DNA of 64,000 nt from Eledone cirrhosa (taxonomy: Eukaryota): positions 39,308,001 to 39,372,000 of the forward strand of contig OZ024749.1 in assembly GCA_964016885.1 (NCBI GenBank), given 5' to 3'. Within the stretch, counting starts at the first letter, position 1. The number at the start of each line of letters is the position of its first letter. Below the pieces are notes generated by a model. The model searched no databases and was not told the origin of the DNA. It saw only the letters and a list, made by a program, of their open reading frames with translations. Made by a program: the position numbers and the translations under genes. Shown in pieces: positions 41,200 through 51,403 of the stretch.

Positions 41200-44100
41200 C
41201 TGAAATAGTGTTGTTATAATCAAGCAGCAGAGTTTATTTAATGATCTCTAGTAATATCTCTTTACATACCATGATGAGCAACTTCTGGGGACTTCATTTT
41301 CTTCTCCACTATTTGGAAAGTGATATCATCCTCAATAACTTGTCCGTGATTAATTAGATATAAGCATCTTTCTCCTACGGGGGTCATCTGTTCTATTTCT
41401 CGTCTAACCAATTGATGAGCTGAAAAGAGTGATCAGTTCTGTTATTTCATGTTTATGATGGAGGCACATGGCTTAGTGGTCAGAGCATTGGGTTTGCAAT
41501 CGAAAGGTTATGAGTTCAATTCTCAGACCGGGTGATGTGTTGTTTCCTTGAGCAAGACACTTTATTTCACATTGCTCCAGTTTACTCAGCTGTAGAAATG
41601 AGATGATAGGGACTGGGGTCCATATCATTCCACTGCAAAGTGCTCGTGGAGGTGCCACGGCAAAAAAGCACCCAGCCCACACTGTAAAGTGGATGTGTAG
41701 GCGCCACGGAAAAAAAGCACCCAGCACTCACTGTAAATGAGGTTGGTGTTAGGAAGGGCATCCAGCTGTAGAAATCAAGCCAGATTCAATTCCCATCCCA
41801 CCCTTGCAAGCAGGGAAAAGCGGACGTAAAATGATGATGATGATGATGGCAGAATAACATCAGCATGATTTTTACATCTACTTTTCCATGCTTGCATAGG
41901 CTGGATGAGTCTTCTACAGCACAGCTTTCCTCTACTCATAACATCCCATTGTCATCTCCTCTTTGAGTTTAAAATCCTACAAAAGTCTACTTTACCCAAT
42001 TAAAACTAATCTTGTATCTAATCAATCTATGATTATATTGATTAATTTTATTTTTCCTACATCTGTACACAAGTCCACAAAAAAAAAAAGGAATTATTTA
42101 AATTTTGCAACAAGCTGAGTTTTTTTTTTAGTTTTTTTTTTTTTTCTTTTTAACAGAATATAGAGGTTTTATTTACAGTTGCATAAATAACAGTTGCATA
42201 AATAACATTACAAATACATAAATAACAATATAAATTGTTCACAATTCTTTCAGAACATTACAAATATAATGTCGTTGATAAACACAAATATAAACGCATA
42301 TAACAAATACAACCAACCATCGCCAGGGACTTCAAAAAAACAATGCACCAAAACACATGATCAGAAGGAGAGAAAGAAAAAAAAAGGGGGGGGGGGACAA
42401 AAACAAAAACAAGCATCAATTCACCACCAAGTGCGACAATCGGCCGCACATCATAAGGGTCGACGGAACACTTCGAGGCAAGCCAACACACTCGCAACAT
42501 TACCACGGGTGATAGCGAGACTAAGGCGCTGAAACAACCAGGCACCCTCACAGGCATCGCCTGACAAGTCGAGTTAGATGATAATAGTTACCTCCCTTGT
42601 TACAGAAAGCTTGGATTCGTTGCTAAAAGTATTTGCCTTGCCTTCGTTTTTCAAATATATTGTTGAAGACAGTTCTAACGTATAAATTGGAAAATTACAA
42701 ATATAATAAAACCAAATTTCTAACTAATCAAAGATAAAGTAAGTGAAAAGTATTATCTTTACGGTATGCATTCAAACTCAATAAAATATTACATGACTTA
42801 CAGTAGCTCAAAAAATCATTAGCTGATAATAATGATAATAATAATAATAATAATAATGAAATTATTGTGTACAGTGCTCAGGTGCACTACAACTCGTCAA
42901 TGGTGCATGTATAGTACATAGAATAATATACAAATGTCAGGGAAGTGAATAGTGTATGAGTCATGATATATATGTGTGCATGTGTATGGAGGGGGAAAGT
43001 ATACCAAACTATTTTATGACAATTCAAATGATATTTTAGAAAATACATTAAAAGAAATCCTATTAATTATACAGTAGTGGTGATGGTGGTAATGATAGTG
43101 GTGATGATGATGGTGATGATGGTGATGATGATGATGATAATGATGGTGATGATAATGATGGTGATGATAAAACTACAAAACTACACCTGATGTACCCCTT
43201 CCATACACATGCACACATGTGTGTATCATGACTCGTGCACTGTTCATTTTACTGATGTTTGTGCATTGCCCTATGTACTGTACATGCACTTTTTTTATGA
43301 GTTGTGGTGCACCTGGGCACTGTACACAATATTTCATTGTTGTTATTGTTATTATATCATGACTCATACACTGTTCATTTTCCTGACACTTAATTATTCT
43401 ATGTACTATACATGCACCTTTGATGAGTTGTAGTGCACCTGAGCACTGTACACAATAATTTCATTATTATTATTATAATGATGGTGATGATAATGATGGT
43501 GATGATAATGATGATAATTGTTTCTGATTTAGGCACAAGGCCAGCAATTTGAAGGGGAGGGGAAAGTCGATTAGATCGACTCCAGTGCATTACTGGTACT
43601 TTATTTTAATGACCCTGTAAGGATGAAAGGCAAAGTTAACCTCGACGACATTTGAACACAGAACGTCAAGGTTAGCTTTGTCTGTCATCCTTATAGTTTG
43701 AAGTAATTGTGTCTACTTATGGCACAAGGCCAGCAATTACCCCAGTGCATTACTGGTACTTTATTTTATCGACCCCGTAAGGATGAAAGGCAAAGTCAAC
43801 CTCGGCGGGATTTGAACTCAGATCATAAAGGGATGTAACTATGCTGGAAAGCATGGCGTCCGACCCTCTACCGATACTGCCAATCCACCGCCCTTATAGT
43901 CAGAAATAATGAAATATACTTACCATTAATAATTACAGAACTCCACAGTTGAGATATTTGCCTTGCAAGTTGTGTTTTACCACAACCTGGTTTACCAAAG
44001 ATGATGAAACATATTGGCTTTGTTCTCAGGAATTGTTGCTCAGCCTAAAGTTTGGAATAGATTTATAAATACAGGTAAAATTCCATTATAACGAATTTTT

Positions 44101-46168
44101 CAGTATAACGAAATTTTTTCAATCCCTGAGGTAATAAAAACAAACGTTCAATTTATTTTGGTCAATCTCGTTATAAAGAATTTTTCATAACAACAAATTT
44201 TTTTTTATACCCCGTGAATTTTGTCATAACGGAATTTCACTGTACTACATTTAGCTGCTGCACAAACAGATGGGTTTTTTAATGGTAGATTGGCAGTATT
44301 AGTAGAGCTTTGAACAAATATGCTTTGCTGACCTTGCACAACTGCACCTCACAAAGGCAATGACACAGGATCGAGATCTCTGGCGTTATGCAATAATACT
44401 GAAGACCCACCTTCCCATGTGCACGGGTTGAAGAATACATCTACTATACACTACTTTATCCTACCTTTCCCTCCCCTTCCATACATTCTACCCATGTCCT
44501 AACACATCACCACCCCACCCACGTCCATACAGCCCTGTCACGACAAAAAGTGCCTAGTCCCCACTGTAAAGTGGTTGTATAGGTGTCACAACAAAAAGTG
44601 TTCAGTCCACACTGTAAAGTGGTCGTGTAGGTGTCACGACAAAAAGCGCCTAGTCCATATTGTAAAATTGTCATGTAGGCGTCACGACAAAAAGTGCCTA
44701 GTCCACACTGTAAAGTGGTTGTGTAGGTATCACGACAAAAAGTGTCCAGTCCATACTGTAAAGTGGTCGTGTAGGTGTCACGACAAAAAGTGCCCAGCCT
44801 ACACCGTAAAGTGGTTTTTTGGAGCCAAGATAAAAAGCACCCAGCACACACTGTAATTGTGATTGACATTAGGAATGGCGTCCAGCTGTAGAAACCAAGC
44901 CAGAAACAGTTCTATATGAGCAGGACACGGTCATCTGAGCTGACATGTCTCACAACAGGACAACTCGTCTAAAATTAGCGTTAGCGTGGAAAAATGGACA
45001 TTAAATGGTGATGATGATGATGAAGAGTACTTAGTTATGACTGCCTACATTCTGAGTTAAGGCTACATGCGTCTGTGAAATGCTCAGCCACTTGTACGTT
45101 AGTTTCACAAGCAGGCTGTTCTGTTCATTGAATCAACTGGAATGCTTGTTATCAGAAATTACAGAGGTCAAACATTGCATTGACCAACATTTCTAGAAGT
45201 TGAATACAGACCACAGAGGTCAGATTTGACCAATATTTCTAGATCTGGAATGCAAACCACAGAGGTCAGACTGACAGACCAATATTTCTAGAAGTCAAAT
45301 ACTAACCAGAGGTCAGATTTGACCAATATTTCCAGAAGTCGAATACCAACCAAAGAGGTCAGATTTGACCAATATTTCTAGAAGTTAAATACAAACCACA
45401 GAGGTTAGACACTGCCCAACATTTCTAGAAGTAGAATACAAACCCTTTCTAGAAGTGAGATACAAAAAAAATCTTCAACTACAACATTACTTACTTCATC
45501 TTCATTGTATAAATCTTTTTTTTGTACAAGTAATGATTTAGCAGTTGTTATAGGTTCATCAGACCTTTCCCCTAGAACATGGGGCAATGGGTTGGCTACA
45601 TTGGTAACAGGTACTTTCAGCTCAGCAATTATATCAGCCAAAAGGTCGTTCTCAAGATCAGTGAGAGATACTGGATACAAAAGCAAAAATAAGAAATGAA
45701 TACATTTTACCTCAAGACAAAATTTAGTTTTGTATGAATGTCCACCCTATATGGTGGTTGTACTGGTGCCATGACAATAAACATCCAGTCCACCCTATAT
45801 GTTAGTTGTACTGGTGCCATGACAAAAAAGCACCCAGTCTACCATGTATAGTGGTTATACTGGTAACAAGACAAAAAAACCTAGTCTACCATGAATGATG
45901 GTTGTACTGGTGACACATCAAAAAAGCATCCAGTCCACCCTATATGGGGGTCACACCGATGCCATGACAAAAAGCACCCAGTCAACCCTGCAAGGTGGTC
46001 AGACTAGTGTTATGACAAAAAGCAGCCAGTCCAACCAGTAAGGTGGTCATACTTGTGCCATAACAAAAATCACACCCAGTCCAACTTGTATGGAGTCATA
46101 CTAGTCATTCTACTTGTTAAAACTAACCTTGCCAGTATCTTGTATGTTTGCAGGATTTTCAGCCCTCC

Positions 46169-46238
<70 letters not shown>

Positions 46239-46493
46239 CTACTGGTCACAACTTCTGGCAGAAGGAGCAACATGAAGTAAAGTGTCTTGCTCAAGAGCAC
46301 AATTCATCACCAGGTCCGAGAATTGAACTAAACAACCTCATGATTGTGAATCCAACTCTCTAACCACTAAACCACATGCCTTCACAAATATTATACGTAT
46401 AAACATTTTAAAATGAGCTGTGTTATATGATAAATCGAGGCCAGCATCAGGCAGGTTGTTATCTGGTTCCTCATCAAACACACTTAAAGTATA

Positions 46494-46527
<34 letters not shown>

Positions 46528-47095
46528 CAGTCTCTTTTCTTACCAGCAACACACTCATGCACACACACCACATACTCTCAAACACACACACGCACATATA
46601 TGCACATGCACATACACACACATACACATACATGTACATACATACACATATAACAGACATATACATGCACATGAAGGTGCACACAACACACACATACACA
46701 CATACACACACACACAAAGACAAAATATTATGTCTCCTTCCCACCCAGCCCCTTACAATATGCACAACACAGAGAAGAAAACCAAACGACATCCAAACAT
46801 ACTTTGAGAAGCAATCACAGGTACCATATTTGGTCAATAGAAACAACACCCCAAACAACATATTACACCACCACCATCTAAACAACAAATATCCACAAAC
46901 AACGTAGAACACAATACATCATAACAGGTTGTAAACATACCGCCTACACAACGAAAGAAGAAAAAAATAACTTCTGGTGCATGTGAGATAAATAGCAAGC
47001 TTCAACATCCTTAGTGTTTTGTATACGTGACAAAACCACCTGGAAACAGCTCTGAGCACTTTTACAATAAAATCCAGGCAAGCATAAAGTATATT

Positions 47096-47149
<54 letters not shown>

Positions 47150-47357
47150 AATAGTTACCACATCAATATCAAGGCTCTCGAAACTGTGCTGAGATGGACA
47201 TATCAAAGGCCTCTAAACACTGTGCTGACATGGACACTGTGGTCACAATAAATGTAGTGGAAGAGTAAATGTCTTTCAAAACTGTCATAAATTACTCGGT
47301 GTCTGTGGTTTCCCAACCTAAGAACTCCACAACACCTATAAAAATTATAAATATGAT

Positions 47358-47388
<31 letters not shown>

Positions 47389-47955
47389 GGGGGGATAATG
47401 AATACATTTCATTTGAATATAATGGTGTCTCTTATTTTGCTTAATAGTTAGTCATGCATATGATTCAGCAGTGTAGGTCTGAGATTAGAGTGTGGTCTTC
47501 AGTTAAATAGAAACATGGGTTGGGCAACTCCCTGTTTATCAGCTTTAGGACTGCTCTGTCAGGGCTCACTTGGGTATAGGTTCACTACAGTATATATACA
47601 CAACCACAACCTATACTGTCGTGATTCTCTGTCTACACCTTGATCACAATCGGATTAAGTTTTGTTCATGTCTTAAGCTCTTAAAGGATTATGTTACCCA
47701 AACCTATTATAAAATTTGCAACAAAAAAAAAAGGGGGAAAGTTGGGAGAATGGCAAATATCTTTGATTTAAATAAAATAATGTCCCTCCTTCCTTGATAC
47801 TCTGAACCTGTGTTTATTTTGCTTAATGGTTAATACAGTTAATACAGTCTTGACATTGACAAACATAAAATGTCAAGAAGCGAACATAAATACCCAGGCA
47901 CTTATGTATATAAACTCACAGACTCACACACACAAACACACACACACATATATAT

Positions 47956-47997
<42 letters not shown>

Positions 47998-50900
47998 CCA
48001 GCGCGACTCCCTTGCCGTCCACTGGGGAAACGCCTTCTCCATTCTGGCCACCGGGGCTGTGGGTGGGCCCCATTGCGTACCGTTGTAGTTGTTGTAGAAG
48101 AAACAGGAAGACAACAACTGGAAAGTTTGATTTTCTACTTTATCATTTCCTTCTGTACTGAAATAGAGAACCTGAATATGATAATATAATATATTATATT
48201 ATATATATTCCTAAATACTATTAGCATTTCTTTCTTTTTCATACGTTAAGGTGCGATTTATATATATATTTGTACATTATTCTATGTACTATACATGCAC
48301 CTTTGATGAGTTGTAGTGCACCTGAGCACTGTACACAATAATTTCATTATTATTATTATATATATATCATCATCATCATCTTCGTTTAACGTCCATTTTC
48401 CATGCTAGCATGGGTTATATATATATATATATATTGGCCTTGCAATCGAGAGGTTGTGAGTTCAATTCTCAGACTGAGTGATGTGTTGTTTCCTTGAGCA
48501 AGACACTTTATTTCACATTGCTCCAGTTTACTCAGCTGTAGAAATGAGATGATAGGGACTGGGGTCCCTATCATTCCACTGCAAAGTGGTCGTGTAGGTG
48601 CCACGGCAAAAAAGCACCCAGCACTCACTGTAAATGAGGTTGGTGTTAGGAAGGGCATCCAGCTGTAGAAATCAAGCCAGAATCAGTTCCCGTCCCACCC
48701 TTGCAAGCAGGGAAAAGTGGACGTAAAATGATGATGATGATGATGATGATATATATATAGTAATAATTGTTTCTACGTTAGGCACAAGGCCAGCAACTAC
48801 CCAGTGTATTACTGGTACTTTATTTTATCAACCCCGTAAGGATGAAAGGCAAAGTTAACCTCGGCGGGATTTGAACTCAATATATATATAGTAATAATAA
48901 TAATAAATGTGAAGACTAAAATCGAAAGAGGGCTCAATAAAGATAAATATATATTAAATGTATAAGAGTTTTTGAAGATCCTGTTAAGGGTGAAAGCAGC
49001 GATTCTTTGCTTAAACTTTAATCTGTTATTTTAATAAATATATATATATATATGAAAAGATTCAGCACCCCGACGGTTGAGCTTCAGCCATTTCAACAGC
49101 TAGATCCAAACTCAGATCTAGCTGAATCTTTTCATATTACCCACTCTACTACCCCAAGTATTGAGTACTCTGGTGCGTTATGGTCCACCTGGTTTTTTAC
49201 CACATCCTCTCTGATACATATATATACATATATATATATATATATATCATCATCATCATCGTTTAACGTCCATCTTCCATGCTAGCATGGGTTAGACGGT
49301 TTTGTTCCATTTGATGCAGGAATGGTTGGGAGACCATGTCTCGCTCGTATGGAAGTGTCTCTGGCAGGTTTTCTACAGCTGGATGCCCTTTCTAACACCA
49401 ACCGCCTTTACAGTGTCTCCTACACGACCACCTTACAGTGTGGACTGGGAGCCTTTTCACCATCTCCTCCACAACCACCTTACAGTGTGGACTGGGAGCC
49501 TTTTCACCATCTCCTCCACAACCACCTTACAGTGTGGACTGGGAGCCTTTTCACCGTCTCCTCCACAACCACCTTACAGTGTGGGCTGGGTGATTTTTGT
49601 TGTCATCGACACAATGGATGAAAATGGGAGGATGGGGTATCATGTGTGGGGTGGAGTGTAAGAGGTGCCTACATATATATATATATTTATATATATATAT
49701 ATATTCATATATGCTTAGTTTTTGTATTTGTTTTGCAAAATTTCTGAGGTGAAAATGTTGAATCAGATATTGCCAAATTTTGGGAGGGTTATGCTGCCAA
49801 TAAAATCACACACGCCAGTAGAGTTTCATGTCAATTCATTATAATAATTTTACGTTGGTTATTTTAATAACCGGTTGTTTGTTTTGTTGTTGATTGTCAA
49901 AGCTCCTTCATCATACTTCTTCAGTGACTTTGTTCACACACCCCCCCTCTGACCAACCCCTTACCTATTTTTCCATCACCCCCAACCCTGTTGACCTCAT
50001 CCCTCATACCAATACACCCCCTTCTCCCCATACACTAATTAGCCACCCCTACCCTTTACTCATGCCCTGCCAAATCCCCACATAACTGCAAACCTATCTC
50101 CCTCCCCTAGAGTCCCCCCTCTCCAGAGCTGAGAGGGCTCTACAGGTGAGTCTATTACCAACAACCTCTCTAGGGATGGTGTCATGAAAATCCACCCTCT
50201 AAATCCCATAAGAGTGGTTGATGACAGGGAGGGCATCCAACCGAAGAATGCTTGCCAAAGGGCTGGGAGAACACTTCAGTTTAGTCAAAGATGTGGGTAT
50301 GGTGTGGTGTGCGGTGGCCGGAAGCTGGGGAGTGCTCGACCGGAAGAGTGCTTGACCGGAAGGGTGCTTGGCCGGAAGGGTGCTCGACCAGAAGGGCGAG
50401 CAGGTCGGCCTCTCCACAAAAGACACATGCAATCTGCGATTAACCCAGGCTCTGCTGCACTTCGGGCTGAGGAGGGTAAACTCTCCAAATATTGGTCGCT
50501 CTCCGACAGGTTTGCAGTTGAGCCAACAGAAGTAGAGACTTCTGGTGTCCTTGGCCCTAGGGCAACCTCCCTACTTACCACCATTGGCACAGAGTTAACT
50601 CCCCGCAGGTGTGAGCATCGCGAGTTTGAATGGCTATTCCAGCACATCTCCCTCACCATCACCCAGGTAAATGCCTTTTCTTTTCTGTCCACGGAGGGTC
50701 CCAGGGTCGCCAGCATGTGGGCCCCCATTTGCTCATAATAGTGAGAGATAGAGGCAGTGACAGTGGGAGTTTGGTTCCTTTGTGTTCGGATCTGGTGTAT
50801 ATGTATGTATATATATATATATATATATAGTTACGGAGTATGTAGACCCAGAAAAACCTGGGACGATCTGATAAATTCCGACCTTACACACTTGCACCTC

Positions 50901-51370
50901 TCTAAGACAATGTCACTGGACCGAGATCTTTGGCGCTACGCAGTAATACAGAAGACCCGCCTTGCCTATGTACAAAGCGAAAGCTACAGTCAGTAGGCAC
51001 CTCTTAACCAAATATACACCCCAATCCACTACCCCTACCCTATCCTCCCACTCCCACCAACACCACCCTCTCTCTATAAAGTTGGTACCGCAACATCCAG
51101 TCCAAATAAATGAGATAAATGAGATCGAGATCGTGTAGGTGTCACAAGAAAAAAACACAGTCCATGCTGTAATGTGGTCGTGTAGGTAACACGGTAAAAA
51201 GTTCCCAGTTCCACACTGTAAATGTGGTTGGTGTTAGGAAGGGCATCCAGCCGTAGAAAACCTGCCAGATAGTCCTATATGAGCGAGACACGGTCACCCG
51301 ACCAACCTTGCCTCAAGTGGGACAACTCCCGTCTAACCCATGCTAGCGTGGAAAATGGACGTTAAACGAA

Positions 51371-51403
<33 letters not shown>

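Noticed and set aside
41462-41535. tRNA gene
   Set aside because: A and B boxes belong to a SINE head; there is no cloverleaf and it continues into the CORE domain.
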